Positions 1-13,960 of a stretch of DNA of 64,000 nt are shown piece by piece; position 1 is the first letter of the stretch, and the number at the start of each line of letters is the position of its first letter. The stretch lies in contig NC_092674.1 in NCBI RefSeq assembly GCF_964355755.1, forward strand, positions 9,300,001-9,364,000, read 5' to 3'. The notes under the pieces are model-generated. The model was given only the letters and a program-made list of their open reading frames with translations. It was not told where the DNA came from and did not search any database. Position numbers and translations under genes: made by a program. This stretch comes from Antedon mediterranea (lineage: Eukaryota; Animalia; Echinodermata).

Positions 1-9
1 AGTACATAC

Positions 10-2051
10 CTGGCATGTACAAGGTTTTCTCTAGCCATACGGGCAAGCATGTCTGCTGTGTCTACTAGTAGAAGTCCCTGATGGTCCAGAAAAGCTGATA
101 TAGCCTGTTATAAACAACTGTATGTTAATTCTTTTAAATACAGGTATAATCCTACTGTGGGGCATCAGCCAATGTAGTGTACAATTATTGATCAAGGAAA
201 CCAATAAGTATTATTTTCTTATTATTTGAATAATTTGTAATCTTATATTCTACTTGGATAAATGACAACATTCATAACCGTAATAATTGTGGTAAACCAA
301 GTACTTTTATTTTTTTTATTTTATTTTTTTTTTATTTTATTCAATTTTCAGGTACAACAATACATGACAATACAGCGGTGCAGCACCCTGAGGATTGCCA
401 TGAGTGCAAAGCACTATCGAGATGGCTCTCCATATACTGCACTAGAACATATAAGACAAACATATACACAAGATGCTCTACATAAACAAAGACTTATTAT
501 TAAGTCGTTGGGAGTGGAGTTGTAAATTGTCATGAGAAAAAAAACCCTGACATATGACAGGACTTGAACCCAGGACCCTTAGATTGGTAGCCAAGCATCA
601 TAACCACCAAGCCACAGCTCCACTCCGAGCTTATTTTTTATAAACTAGACTTTGATCTACTATAAATAATGTTGTATTTATTACTACTTAAAATTGTTGA
701 TATACTTACTGCACATTTGTCTACTTTAGCAGCACTGCTTGCCCACTTCACCAGAGCCAGAAGCCTAATAAATGACTGCCGTGTTTTACTGGCAAACTTT
801 ACAATCTCAATTTTCCTAAGACACAAATGAAAATATACAAAACACAAATGTTGTGAAGCAAATATACAATGTTGCAATTATTTAAATGTTTACAATATAT
901 CTATTAATGATAATTTATTATTATTATTCAGCATAATATATATATATGTAAATCACAGTACATTAGAGTATAGGAAAATCTGTGGAAAACACTAATCAAC
1001 ACCCCTACACTAAGAGAACACTTTCCCATTAAATGAAAGAGAGGCAATATGTTTACATTAATGGTACACTATAGCTAAACCCCTATTCAGGGACAATTCA
1101 CTTCTACGAAAAATTATTTACAGTACCACCGTGTTAAATTACCCTATTGGGTGGGGGGGGGGGGGGGGGGGGGAGACACTTTGTTGGGTCCACAGAAGGT
1201 TCTACTGTATTTAAATAACTTACTTTTCCATGTCCATTTTTCGTGGTAGTCTATATGAAAAAAGCAAACCATTAAAAATGTTAACATTGTATTTTTTTTA
1301 TTTTTTTTTATTTTATTCAATTTTCAGGCACAACAATACATGACAATACAGCGGTGCAGCACCCTGAGTGCCATGAGTGCAAAGCACTATCGAGATGGCT
1401 CTCCATATACTGCACTAGAACATATAAGACAAACATATACACAAGATGCTCTACGTAGACAAAGACTTATTATTAAGTCTTTGGGAGTGGAGTTGTAAAT
1501 TGTTATGAGAAAAAAACCCTGACATATGACAGGACTTGAACCCAGGACCCTTAGATTGGTAGCCAAGCATCATAACCACCAAGCCACATCTCCACTTGTA
1601 GTAGTCATACTAGGCCTATGTAATAATCTATATCTTATCTAATTTTAAAAACACAAAACTGCTACTGTATTAATTATTAATATGTGGCTTACTATTATTT
1701 TTCATCAAGAGTATTAATATTATGTGTTCAGCACAAACTTTGTGTTTGTAATGGAATTTTGAAAATTAAAAAATAAGTAAATCAAAAATAAGTCAAATCT
1801 AAAAATCATGATAGTCTATATCACTGATAAAGGCTGAACAATTTCTTATTTTGAATATACACATACAAGCATCATGTACAAACTTACAATTCTGAGAGCA
1901 CTACAAGATCATGATATGTTCGTTGTATCAAGCTATCCAATAAAAAAGCTAACGATACATTTTGTCCCGCAGCATGATGTTGTGGGAATCCACCTATAGC
2001 GCCCATTGCCATGACGGCCATCTCTGATTGGTTGCTTTCAATGGGGGCCAT
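10..2051 (-). CDS. MED14: Mediator complex subunit 14, first four coding exons (1888-2051, 1224-1250, 710-815, 10-104); gene continues off the left edge
   Basis: GT-AG exons splice in frame to MAPIESNQ...[99 protein letters not shown]. This matches the conserved MED14/Rgr1 N-terminus as recalled. Includes a 27-nt microexon. An acceptor at 2088-2089 implies an upstream 5'UTR exon. Confidence 0.95.
305..626 (-). mobile_element. tRNA-derived SINE, copy 1 (MED14 intron)
   Basis: Minus-strand head gtggagctgtggcttggtgg (A-box-like) ... gggttcaagtcc (B-box), with an A-rich tail. Near-identical to 1290-1597. Confidence 0.75.
1290..1597 (-). mobile_element. tRNA-derived SINE, copy 2 (MED14 intron)
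   Basis: Near-identical to 305-626; same pol III boxes and tail. Confidence 0.75.
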
Positions 2052-2547
2052 GACTGTCTAACACGGTTAGATTTCAAACAAGGTTAGCTATGGAAAAAAA
2101 TACATACATTTTTTAATTGGTGTGGATGGTGATGTGGACAGTTTCTTGAACAATCTCCAAGTCTTAGTCCAAGTCTTGAATGATATCTCAGACTTACTAC
2201 CATGTACTAGTATGTTTGTAAATTGAAATATCAGGCACCTCCCCTCTCTACCGATAATATTTTGATTTTGGTTAGTTTCTTGTTATTTTGACTCATCCTC
2301 CCGCAGGGTGTGCACATTCCACCAATTGATTTTTTTTTAGGTAGAGAATAGAGGTATACTAGCGTCCAGGGCGTTTCTACTAGATTTCGTTTTTACGCCG
2401 AACTTACAATACACAAACGAAACAGTTAATACCAACGGTATCAGAAAAAAATACATTTAAATACATCTGATTGTTTAGTTCAAACACCTTGATAAGAAGT
2501 ACACAAAATTATAATATAGGCTTCTTCTACTAGGCCTACTAGGCTAG

Positions 2548-4535
2548 GGGATCCAGTCAAGTCGCCCCATCGCAAAGTCGCCCCATACAAAGTCGCCCAA
2601 TACAAAGTCGCCCCATCGCAAATTCGCCCCAAAACAAAGTCGCCCCGGCACAGTCGCCCCATCGCAAAGTCGCCCCATTACAAAGTCGCCCCATCGCAAA
2701 TTCGCCCCATCGCAAAGTCGCCCCAACGCAAAGTCGCCCCATCGCAAAGTCGCCCACGGTTTTAATCATATTGGTTGCGTTTGATATCGATTGCGTTGTT
2801 ACTTGTATACAGTATGTTTATCCTATATACATAATTTGTGTTTTAATTTTTATTTTACAGGTTTTAATGGAGTGATGTGCTTTTTTAAAAATCATTAAAA
2901 AAATAATCCCTTGTTTGAAAGTTCTAAAAAGATTATCCCTGATTTATAGTTTTGAAAATGTTAATTTAATATGATTTTAAAATTAGTTACCAGAGCCACA
3001 ATTACGAATCTTTCTTCAACCTACGCGTGGATCATACCAGCTAATTTTTTAGGATAATATAATAAATGTATAAATGTGTAGTAGCCTAGGCCTTCGTATA
3101 GATTTACAGTAGTTAAAACAATAACAGTGTTGTAAGACAATGAGTGTTTAGGCTACTTATTGATCATTTTGCATCATTTGCAAGTTATGTGTCTTAATTT
3201 TATAATGACTTTTCAAAATAAAGAAATTAAAAAAAAAGGATTTCATCGCCGATATGATTGTTTTACATGCAGGTATTTTAGTAAAATTAAAACGCTACAT
3301 TTTGACCATGGAAAAACCATCGTACAGTATCGTGTGCGTGTTTTTTAAAAAGGGGAATCCCCGACGGTCAGCAGAAAGACGTAGCAGCTGAGGAAACAGA
3401 TACCAGAAGGCGCAGCTCCGATTGGTTTCAGAGAATGTTTCAGATGGCGAGTCGCCTTTTATTCAACAGCACAATGATCATTTTACTGAAGAAATTCTTT
3501 TCAACCCTTTTGGTTAGGCCTAGAACATTCTAATTATCATGCCTAATAAATATCCTCATATCGGGTATTTATTTAATTTTAAATTAAACAAGACAGTGAA
3601 GAGGCACGGAATAATACGTACACGGACGTACGACGAATACACACACGCACGACATCATTTACGACATATAGTGGGGATATGATGCAATTTTATAATGGAT
3701 ATAATGATGGGATTGCCTTTCCAGGCTTACAATCAATGTTCATTACGTAATACTATGTATATAATAGTAAACTGAATGTTTATAAATAAATTGTTTTACG
3801 TAATTTGTTGCATATAAAATAAAAGACACAGACGTAGCCTACGTTTCCTATAAAATATTTCACATTTAAATAATTATGTACTGTTAAATGACATTATGCT
3901 GGATAATATTATAATCTTAAACTATGTTTACAAATTATTAATATAGGCCTAATAATAATAATACATATTCATCGACCAAAGTAAAAATAATCTAGATCGT
4001 ATAACATCATTTTATCGCGACCAAATTTAAACGCGACCGATTTCGAACGCGACTGATATCATCGTAAAACTCCGGCGGGGTTTCCCCATCTTCAGATGGT
4101 GCGTTGTAGTGCGACAACGGCGGAGTAATTACGGGGGTTTCCCTCTGGTAAGCTAGCACGTTAGTGCGACCGCGGAGTGATTAGTCGGGGGCTTCCTCTC
4201 TGATGATGGGGGTGCGTGCGTGCCGATCGTGTGACCTGAGACTACATGGCGGGGCTTCCCCTTTTTATGCCTTAAACGTTCCGTGTTATTTTGTGTATCA
4301 TTGCGACATTTTACGCACTTGTAAACTATTTTTTAACGTTTTGGGGCGACTTTGCGATAGGGCGACTTTGCGATGGGGCGACTTTGCGTTGGGGCGACTT
4401 TGCGATGGGGCGACTTTACGATGGGGCGACTGTGTCGGGGCGACTTTGTTTTGGGGCGACTTTGCGATGGGGCGACTGTGTAAGGGGCGACTTTGTATGG
4501 GGCGACTTTGCGATGGGGCGACTTGACTAGCATCC
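2548..4535. mobile_element. Non-autonomous foldback-type DNA transposon (Mutator-like TSD length)
   Basis: ~200-bp inverted arms built from 16-bp tandem units (aaagtcgccccatcgc at 2560-2755; reverse complement at 4340-4525). 9-bp direct repeat ctaggctag at 2539-2547 and 4536-4544. Confidence 0.85.
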
Positions 4536-6179
4536 CTAGGCTAGTACCAGCCCTTCATAGCTAGGCCTAGCCTAGCTAGCTATAGGCTACTACCTAGATG
4601 AGTAAATTAATGTTTATAATTAGCCTAGGCTAGGTAAATTGGCTTGTTTGGTCTAAAAAATGAAAGTGAACCGAATCGTTCCGGATTCACATGGCTTTAG
4701 TTAGCCTATAGCCTAGCTAGGTTACTTCCTAAATTTTTAAATTTAATTTACAGTCTTTCAAACAATATTACATTATAGAGGTAAGTGAAAGAATCATTTT
4801 AAAACAAAAATTATGAAATTTGGCCAATTATCACCAAAGATATTGCAATTTTAGTGTCGACCTTTTGTAACCCGATATCCCTATTATATAATGCATTATT
4901 ATTGTTTCCCTTGTGTGTAATCAGTGTGTATTTAGCCTATGTAAACAAATACACAACAGAAAATTACCAAGTACCATTTGTATGAATATTTTTTAATAAA
5001 CTTCTTACGAAACATTAGTACGGCAACACCAACAATTAAGTAAGTACTTAAATTTTGCAACGAGGTCAAAGGTCATCACATATGAGGTCAAAGGTCAATT
5101 TGTAATAAACACTAATAAATATATATTTACCATCCTAAAAACCCAAATTTTTTGAAGAAAACATACTTTAAAAGGTTAATAGATATAATGATGATATATT
5201 TGTATGTTTATTATCATAAGATATCATTGAATATCTACATAAATCCAAGATTTTATGTTGGTTAGCAGTTAAGTTCATACACTTAGTACAGTAAATTTAG
5301 AATATGGAATAAAATATTAACATTTTTCAATGCCTCAAGACCTTTGATGGTTTAAGTAAATGTTTAGATAATTTGTATGTGCTAATTTGGAAATCAAATA
5401 ATCAAAGTGGAGTTTAATATGAAACTAATTTGATTTAATTTCTTTTCCAGGCTATAAGAAATACAGTTCATTAAACATTTGAATAGAGTTGTTTCTTCTT
5501 TAGTCAATTGGTTTCAATGGACTTCTTTACTGTACATCATCCAGAAACTGCAGAAATATTTATTCTAGAATGTAAAGAAAGAAAAGAAAATCAAGTTAAT
5601 ATTAGTGTTCAAATTAACAATATAGTGAAAAACTACTTTTCTTGAGTAATGAGGAATACAAATAAAAACAATATTCAAGGTTGACCACGTCTAGGCCTAT
5701 ATTAATTAATTAGTCTTGCTGAGCATAAGTCTAGTTCACATTATATATATACTGTATAAGCCTAGGAAAATAAATAAAAACATTTAAATAAAGTTAAAAT
5801 AAAAATAAATTATTTTAGTTACAGTACTAATTAATAACATAAAAAAGTTCTATTTACTGTATTATAGACTAGAGGGCCTAGGAATAAGAGGGAAAAAAAT
5901 CAAAATTATTTAATGGTTTGCTAGGCCTAAAAATATAAATTTCACTTTTGGTGTTGTTTTTATGGATATAACATAAAATAAAGGTAAATTTAATACAAAG
6001 AAAGTAAAATCAGACAAGTTAACTATCTTTAATAGTCTAGGCCAACAAGGTGACGCCATCTGTTTACTTTGCCTGCCTTGGAAAATCTCTCAATCAGCCT
6101 AGGCGAAATGTAGTGCGCCCTCTATAATGGCCTAGCCTAATCAATTTTTAAATAGGGTCACTTTTCGCACTCTCTCATT

Positions 6180-7000
6180 TTTTTGCGCTAAGGAATATAA
6201 TAATCTAACAAACTTACCTTTATATTTCAAAATCCAAGGAAAACAGAGATGCGATCAAAAAACTTAATCTTTAATGTTTTCCGTAAGTAAAATCCGATCA
6301 AAAACTTGTTACCATCGTAAAATACGCTAAAAATTATATTTCGCGGTCAAAGGTCACTTTATATTTTTTGGCAAATATTCAAGACGTCATATCCGAAAGT
6401 AGTTCCAGCATAACTACAATAAGTCCGCCGAAAAACAAAAACAAACATAGGTATTCCCCTGTCGCGGAGGGACACATGTTTTGTATTTAAATTGTTGGTT
6501 CCCTTATACACAGCGCCCTCTAGCGATATTAAATAAAGCTAGCCTAGCTAGGCCGGGACCTACTACTAGCTAGCCCACGTCTAGGGCGGCCTAGCCTAAT
6601 TTTAGCAAGCTATTATTTATTAGCCTAAGGTCCGCCTAGGCTAGCCTCCTCTAGCTAGTAGGGCTAGGCTCCTAGGCTACTAGAAGCCTACTACTACTAG
6701 CCTAGTAGGCCTAGCTAGGGCCTAGCCTATCTAGCTAGTACTAAAAGTCACGGTTGCCTAAAAGCTACGTTACTTTTTGGGCATTTTCACAATACCAGCT
6801 AGACTAGGATAACTTTAAAACGTTTCTTAACAACTTAAAGAATTTATTTTTAAATAAAACGTAAGAAAAATTACATTTTAAACAGAAAGTCTGCTCGATC
6901 TTCGATAGGAATCTTCCATATTTTCCTCCTCCTCCCTGTTATCTGTGTAAACATATGCAACAATACGGCCCAGAAAGGAAGATATCGATGCGAACCGTAA
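6180..7000 (-). promoter_or_regulatory. Possible MED14 promoter / 5'UTR exon region
   Basis: CpG-enriched, with a strong minus-strand donor ag|gtaagt at 6217 and a ctag-rich low-complexity tract at 6540-6740. Lies upstream of the MED14 acceptor at 2088. Inferred from position only. Confidence 0.3.
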
Positions 7001-8339
7001 CATTTCCATGAATTTAATGTTTTTGTTTTGTTTGGTTGATCGCGTTCCACATTACGTTGAACGCGTTCGATGAGTATTAAATGTGTTTTTACTTACATTG
7101 TCTTGATTTAAAAAAAAAAACATCCAAGAAATTCGTAAGCAGTTGTTATATAGGCTAGTAGTTTGTTAATTTGTTAGGTTGTTAAGAGCAGGAATACAAA
7201 AATAAGTAGATATTTTGTGCAGTGACATTTATTGACAAATTAAATTTATTTATGATATTCTAGTCCATGTTTCAATCATTATTTAAACAAAACAAATGCC
7301 TTATCTGTGCCTAAAAACAATCATTGCCATTTACAATAAAAAAACAAACTTTATTTGTTGTAGGCCAACATTACATAACACTGTGTACCTACTGCCTGTA
7401 TCAATAATCTGATTACACAAATTACGATTACTATACTAAATTAATAGTGTAATGATAAATAAACACTATTTTGTATTGTGGCAATTCCACAAAAATATGA
7501 TCTTAAAAGATAATCATCTTAAAATAATCGAGATCGGATGATATTTAAGGATTCAATTTCAAAGAGATGTAATGAAAGAAAAAGTCTTCACGAAAACATG
7601 AAACAGACAAGCAAAGTTGTAAGAGGAACGATCACAAAACAGTACAAGTTGAGTGCTATGAACAAGAAACGTTAAAATAAAGATATTTAGACAATTCATT
7701 GTCCGAGGTCTTTACATATTGCACGAAATGTAGGTCTAAACCAATAAGATAACAATAACCATAAAAAATAACATATAACTTAAAAAACGTAAAAAATAGG
7801 CCTACAAAATATAAATAAACACTTCAAATTCACATATTTAAATTCTTAATAGCAACAAAGTAAATATTGTTTTTTTTATTTTTTTTTATTCAGTATATTA
7901 CACAGAGGCGCCTTACAAGATGGAACCACCTTAGCTTCAAGGCGCCTCAGATTAACAAATACAACATTTTAAATCAACTAACAGAAACATCAATCAAATC
8001 TTCCAGAATTAACAAGAAATTGTTGAATTTACAATATTAAAATAGCAATTAATAATTAAAATTAAAAGTGCATTACAACATATAAAAATGACATTAAAAT
8101 ATTTAAAGCATAATGATAAAATGTTATTTAAAAAATATAAAACACTAGCGCTGTGAATCATGTATTTATATATAGGCCTATTTATAATAAAAATTATCTG
8201 TTGATTTAGCGTTTTCTTATTAAATTCTCGGCTCCCATACAGTATACTACCAGGAGTCTCCAACCGGGAGCCATGGAGCCAGGGTTCCTCAGACCACCCC
8301 AAACAAAGACTGACCATTCATGTGATAATTCCAATTAAC

Positions 8340-8675
8340 ACGAATTGAATTGATTCGCGATATTCACACCCACTTAACACGTGGAGTAGAAAATTTGAAT
8401 GTAACAATACCTAAATACACCCTTAGTAAAATGAATTCGTCCTTTAAAGTTGCAGGCGCAAAAATATGGAACAGTTTACCAATTAATATTAAATCGGCAC
8501 CAACAATTACGTCCTTTAAGGCTAGATACAAATCTCATTTCTTTTCATAAACACTGTATTATATTTAATTAAGTTTCTCTTTTGTATATTTTGATTAAGA
8601 CAGATGTAAAACAGATACACTGTTATCTGATTGTTTTATCCTGTATAAATATATTATTTATTATTATTATAATAA
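8340..8675 (+). mobile_element. 3' remnant of CR1/L2-like LINE
   Basis: ORF end SFKVAGAKIWNSLPINIKSAPTITSFKARYK is typical of CR1/L2-group ORF2 C-termini; followed by an AT-rich (tta)n tail. Confidence 0.7.
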
Positions 8676-8782
8676 TTGTATTTGTCAGCCAAAAATTTCT
8701 TCACAGTTACTTATGAATAGAAAGCAATGACAGTAGGCCTAAACATGAAGATTGTTTGATCCGCTGGTGACGTAAGAATGTT

Positions 8783-11700
8783 TCATGCAATGCAGCAGGA
8801 TTGTGGCAGGTACCTCGAAAAACCACTACTTTCAGATTGAACATTAGTCTTTTCTTGATTGTCGGTGTCCTAAAAACAAATATACCATCATGGTGAATAA
8901 ACTATTTTTACAAGGAAAGGAAAATAAATAAAATGAGATTGCCTCGCAGGCCTAAACTACGAGATGTAATTTGGGACTTGGGCCCATATGGGCGAGTGTG
9001 CCAGTAATCCTATCAAATATCGGCAATAGTATATGGTTAGCCTACAATATTTCTTCTTCTTTCTGTCTAAATGGGTGAGGGTAAACGTAGCTAAATATGT
9101 TATTTTGAGTTTGTGTATTTAATCCATCAGGTCAACTTATTTTCTGGGCAAAAAAAGCGAAACTTTGAAGGGAAGACTGAGAAGGAAAACTTCTTACTTT
9201 GAATCGTTGTTTCCAGCGTCTGATGTTATATTTTCCTAGTGAATTAAGTACATCAATTATCTCTTCTTTGAGGCTTTCATAGTCGAGGCTTCGTCGATCA
9301 GCTCCCAGACTATGCTCCATATTGTAGGCCTCCTCGAGGAATTCCATACTAAGACTGAAGCGGTTTTCCGCATCCGCTGAAGAATATAATAAAAAACCTT
9401 TATTATTGCAATGAGAGTTTTTAGACTCTACAGATCACAATGTTGGTCGGTCGGTTGGTCGGTAAACACTAACTTGAGCACGCGACTGCAGCCATGTATA
9501 TGGCCTTGTTTTATATACTGCTTATAGAAATATAAAATACCAAAACATTGTAAAATAAGAAACAATTACTGAATAACCACACTTTATATATCGTCTCTAA
9601 AGATTCTTGAGGTGGCCGTTTCTATAATTGTGATACAGTATAAATTGGTGAAGGGTTGGCAATTTTAGATTTGCAATTGTCATAATATCGTTATTCCGAT
9701 CTTTTTTATTCTGGCGTTATCATAAAGTAAACAAATAACAGTAACTAACCTCGCTGGGCCTCTGATATTTCTGCGGCTCTTAATATTTTCTTACCAATAT
9801 GATGGTGAACACGACCAACAAAGTACAAGCACCTGGCCGTGTCTGGGTTTTCTTTCAAAATCCGTCGGCAAATACCCAAACTTTTCTCAGCATCTGGGAG
9901 AGCTTTTATATAATCTCCCTTTTCAAAGTTGCAAAGCGCCATGTTTTTCAATATTTTGGATCTATGTGAAATTTCTATACCCGGGAAACTATTCTTCTGT
10001 ATTTTCCATGCCTTTTTGAACCATTCTAAAGCTTCGTCGTACTTTGCTGTTTTCTCAGCACCCTTGAGTCTATTCCCCCAACTTCTTAAACAGGCTCCCA
10101 TATTCATGACATACACAGAATAATCAATATGTCCTTCTGGATAATTATCTGTAATTCTTTCAATTATGTCCAACGCCTGTTGGTGATACGATCTAGCCTC
10201 ATGATATTTTCCCCGACGGTGTTGCAAATGGCCAATTGAGTTCAATCCACGCGCCGTCATTGTATGATCTCTTTCGTGTTTTCGTCGTAGAGCCAAAGAT
10301 CGTTTAAGTGCATTCAAACTTTTCAAGTATTTTCTCTGTCCACTGTATGCTCGTCCTTTCACGTACAGACATGCGGCCTTAGCAATCATTGTATTTTTAT
10401 GACCTGTATCTTCAGATTTTAGTTTATCAATCGTCTTCAATCCGTCGTTGGCAGCATCGACTGCCATTGGCAGTTCGGCTTGACAAATGTGCTGGTCGCC
10501 TAACCATGCACAGAAAAAACTATAACTTGTATAGTCTCTTTCTTTCTTGGCTAATTTTGATTTCTTTTCAAAATACTCAACTCTTCGATCTGCTTCAACC
10601 AACCCATCCCAGATAGCATACTGCCTTTCTTCTTCGGAAAAGTCAAATTCGGCAACAGTGTTTCTTGGTGAAATGTTAGCTTCCTGTTTAAGATATTCGA
10701 TCAGATTTGATTTGTCACTCTGGAACCTTTCAAAACCCTCTTTGAAATTTCTATTTGCAAGTTCACAAATTCTATTCAACTTTTGATGGTAATGTTGAAA
10801 AAATGCTGCCTTGGCAGTATCAATACAGGTTTTCAAACACGGATCTTCGCCTATTGCAAAGTTGCAGGTCTGCCTCACCAATGTGTGGACAATGTACTGA
10901 TTACACTCGCCTTCACACGATGCAATGTTTTTAAATTGATCTAGCTTATCAAACTGCAAAACTCCGTAGGCGCAAAGTTCCTCTAGATGCAAACTAGTAG
11001 TACTCTTCTCTTCGTCAAGAATAATGGCAGCTACCTCTCTGTAAAAGAAACTTGGAAAGACGGCCAGCTTAACCAAATATGACTTGCAATTGTTATCGAG
11101 TTGATTAAACATGACATGCAGGCAACTGAGAACACTCTCTGTTTGTTCGATACCATGATTGTCAGTTTTGCCATACCTGTGCTCAAAAACTTTCTGTGCT
11201 GGAGTCGGGTTTTTCAGAAGTTCCAGTAGCTCTTTTGGTTGCATATGTCCCAGTTTCATACGACTGGCCACCGTTCGAATCGCATGAGGGTTTTGGCCAC
11301 AAGCAAGTACCAAATCTTTACAGATAGCATCGTCGAGCTTTCGTAGCTCAGACGAGCGACGAAGAAGGGACATGGCATCTAACACTTCAAGAGGTTTTAT
11401 TTCAAGTTGATGAAAGCTGTTTACCGACAATAAGGACTCATTATCAACTCTGTATCTTGATGTGATTAGGAATTTTACTCTCTGATTTTTCTCGGCAACA
11501 AACTCACGAAGAAAATTGATGAAGTCATCACGTGGTGGTATTCTTGGCTTCAAAACGTCGTCCGCATTATCTAAATAGATTATTGTTTCTGAAAAAACAG
11601 AGTAACATATACGGTAATATATCATGGTAGATTAAAATAATTATTCTGGATAATGTTACAATACACGCCTGTTAAAAGGTTTTGTATACTGAGAGTGCAA

Positions 11701-13901
11701 CAACGATACATATTTTGATGAATTTTCTCTTAAATTTAATTTTATGGTTACAGTAAAATCTCATTAATATGAGTTATTGTAAAAAAAGTGACAATGATGT
11801 TGGCGGCAATGGTCAAAAACGAAAATGCCAAATGATGTGTATAACTGGTACCTAATTTATTTTCTCGTATCCAGCAAAATAATTCGGCAGCGTTAAAGTT
11901 AGATGGTACCATGTCTTTGATACCAATTGCGTTCATGATGGCAGCTCCTACTTCACTCAATGACATTAGGTTCCTCAAGTTGACAAGATAAGTTCTGTTA
12001 AAAAAGAAATCGAAATAAAATTTGCAATACAATAGCTTGTAGGCTCATTTTTATTAATGTATTACTTATCTATATATAAATTTACGTAAGGGCAAAATTC
12101 GATAAATCGCGGTTTATTTCTAGAATTTTTACTCGATGGTATATAAAGTTGGTTCATACTTTCGGTACTGATTTTAACCACCTGATGTAACCCTGTTTAC
12201 TAATTAAATTGAGTTAGATAATTAGTTATTGACGATTAAAACGAATTTAGGTTCAACGATTTGCCCCAAATAGGGGTGTTTTCCGATCGTGGTATACACT
12301 GTCTAATGGATGTCCAACTTGAAAAATACCCGCACACAATAATACGAGGACGCTTCGCATTTTCCTATCTCCTCCTAAGATAATTGTTTTTAATAGCTGA
12401 AAACCGGTTGAACTGCTCGAGTACAGCATCATAATGTTGAAGACAGGCCGATTTTCTTTAAAAAATACTATTTTGATAGATTTAATTTACGTTTTTACAA
12501 ATGTATTGATTTGCGATGAATGGAACATTCCAATCTCCCAGTCTGCCAGTTTGGTTTAACACAAGTAGGTAAATTTATGAGCCCTTGGAGAATAAACTTG
12601 CAATACTTTGACAATACAGTACTGCAAATACCTATTAACCATTTTTGGTCGTCATTTGAATCGAACATTTCTTACTGTGAATACTGTTAGATGTAAAAAA
12701 AATATATACAAACATTTCTTACTGTGAATACTGTTAGATGTAAAAAAAAAAAATACAAATAAACTTTATTACTGTGATTGTGGGTAGGCTCTACTGTTAG
12801 ATATATAAACACGTAATATACAAATAAACTTTATTCCTGACATTTGCTTCTCAACGTTTGCATTAATTAATAATTACAAAAAATATAAACGTCGTAGTGG
12901 TGTATCGTTACATGTACTTTACTATTTCAATCGACTATGACAGTGACAGTTTTAACAAAGTATTAAATCGCAAATGTTTTACTATATTTAGTCACCGTTA
13001 GTGGTATATTATTTATAGGCCTATAAAAATGAAAACAATATTTCGTTACTGACGTGGATAAAGAATATATTTAAAAATTGTTCCTCTTTGTACCTATCCT
13101 CTTTCCCATCCCTCAACCCTAATTAAACAATTTGGACTCATTTTGTGGTAAGTTTCTCTTTCGGAAGTAATTCCCAGGGTGCTAATTTTGGTTGACTACA
13201 TAAATCATTGTGTCTACTTATTCGTTTCTGTAAACGACAATGTATTATAGTCCTGCGGTACGTGCATTTAAAATCGCCAGATTTTTTACCCTGAAATTAC
13301 TGTGTATTCGAGAACCATCTGTGGGCACGACCATCTAGTTAACTCAAATTAAACTAACTTAAAGATGTGTTTAATGTGCTTACGTAACAACAAATTCTTC
13401 TTTTAAATATGCGGAGTAGATTGCGCAAGTCTGAATAGATAACTTTGTTTTTCCAATTCCAGGCGAACCGGCGAGAATCACACAACAACATTTTCCAGTT
13501 TTCGCAGCAAAAGCCTGTAAGATTTTGTGCAATTCTTTGTCTCTTCCAACAAACAAAGAATCGTGTTTTACTGACAGCAACCTGATGCGTTCTTTATATT
13601 CTTTTATTTTCGGTTTATACTCTTCAATCTCGCCTAAGCCAGTTTTGTTCTTCATACGCTCGTATACTTCCTCTAGAAATCTAGTATCGTCCTCCGAAAT
13701 AATCCCATTGTCCCAGAGTTTCTCGAACAATTCTAGCGGTGTTGATAATTCATCGTAGACATCCTTGGCCAACTTATCTCTTGAGTATAGTTTAACTTTC
13801 TTGAATTCTTCATCTTTCATGCCATCATGCTGTTCAGTTAAGAATGCATAAAACGGATTAACAGTAACGGGAATTTGATCGTTTTCTTTACTTGACGTCA
13901 T
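8783..13901 (-). CDS. NLR-like DED-STAND NTPase (NB-ARC-like)-TPR protein, copy 1, 921 aa, C-terminal CaaX (CCIA); exons 13384-13901, 11852-11994, 9750-11588, 9198-9376, 8783-8869
   Basis: All introns are GT-AG and phase-consistent. DED-like N-terminus (PLELFEKLWDNGIISEDDTRFLEEVY), Walker A GSPGIGKT, Walker B IIYLDNAD, sensor-1 FLITSR, GxP CGQNPHAI, LAVFPSFF, MHD-like VHTLVR, then TPR repeats (HTMTARGLNSIGH, NPDTARCLYFVG). Confidence 0.9.
9420..9512 (-). mobile_element. Short Helentron/HINE-like element; also at ~34508-34590 and ~55203-55285 (+)
   Basis: Shared sequence aacaaggccatatacatggctgcagtcg...(ccga)n in three copies; absent from the equivalent intron of copy 2. Family assignment is tentative. 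Confidence 0.55.
12069..13338 (+). mobile_element. Helitron-like non-autonomous insertion in copy-1 intron
   Basis: Termini a|TCtatatata ... catCTAG|t. This intron is 1389 nt, against ~170-230 nt in the three paralogs. Confidence 0.6.
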
Positions 13902-13960
13902 GATTTCCTTAGTCCTATATAATAAAATATGTGAAAAAAATATGGTCATTACAGTGGGAC

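Noticed and set aside
545-626. tRNA gene
   Set aside because: Only A/B-box similarity within a duplicated ~300-bp SINE; no convincing cloverleaf.
2480-4533. Repetitive ORFs (MGRLC/WGDF/GATL)
   Set aside because: Translations of the 16-bp TIR arrays of the foldback element; open in several frames.
4740-5800. Plus-strand donor (4781) and acceptor (5450) suggesting an antisense lncRNA
   Set aside because: Splice-like motifs alone in AT-rich DNA are insufficient without transcript data.
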